The notes beneath the pieces are model-generated. The model made no database searches and was not told the DNA's origin. It saw only the letters and a program-made list of their open reading frames with translations. Both the position numbers and the translations under genes were made by a program. Below are positions 63,741 to 64,000 of a stretch of DNA of 64,000 bases, one piece after another (the first letter of the stretch is position 1; every line of letters begins with the position of its first letter). This stretch comes from Takakia lepidozioides. Its lineage: Eukaryota; Plantae; Bryophyta. Where the stretch lies: contig CM060731.1 of NCBI GenBank assembly GCA_030704615.1, positions 17,670,001 through 17,734,000 on the forward strand, given 5' to 3'.

Positions 63741-64000
63741 GGAATCCTCTGAGCAAATGATACATTTTCAGATTCGGTTTTTGAAATCTCATCACCCACT
63801 AGTATTTGTTTGCATTGACTTTTGAGTTTGTAAAGTGCATTCTGAGAATATCAGCCAACACTAATCTTAACTAAGCGAGTTCAGATGGGTTTTTTGATCA
63901 ATGTGGTGAGTTATCCAGGCAGGTAGGAGAGGATGTATCTTATTGATCTCTGGTAGGTGTATTATTGTGCAACCAGGTGGCTTGGTAGTGCATATGGAAT

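Overview
Intron-containing nuclear DNA of a land plant, probably a non-seed plant such as a bryophyte or lycophyte (inferred from short introns, a PPR-DYW remnant and chromovirus types). Host genes are a chloroplast-type DUF4079 gene (199-2170, -), a poorly resolved multi-exon gene (~8994-10960, -), a GTE/BET bromodomain gene (12918-16963, +) and a TM9SF/EMP70 gene (59530-61509, +). The centre is a three-level transposon nest. A hAT-like element (18738-46886, 8-bp TSD) carries a truncated transposase, a protein-kinase pseudogene and four consecutive long hairpins. A Ty3/gypsy chromovirus (25681-44050) inserted into one hairpin. A Mutator-like element (30212-41702, 9-bp TSD) inserted into the chromovirus integrase. 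The most striking item is the Mutator-like element's second gene: nine exons, ~1080 aa, fusing a ParB/Srx-like domain to a beta-class N6A/N4C DNA-methyltransferase-like domain, with arrays of a ~24-bp palindrome in its two long introns. This is a candidate transposon-encoded ParB/parS-like epigenetic or anti-silencing system. The rest is decayed LINE, Harbinger and gypsy sequence, MITEs, a SINE, a small Helitron and PPR fragments. All assignments are by eye and motif recognition; no searches were run.
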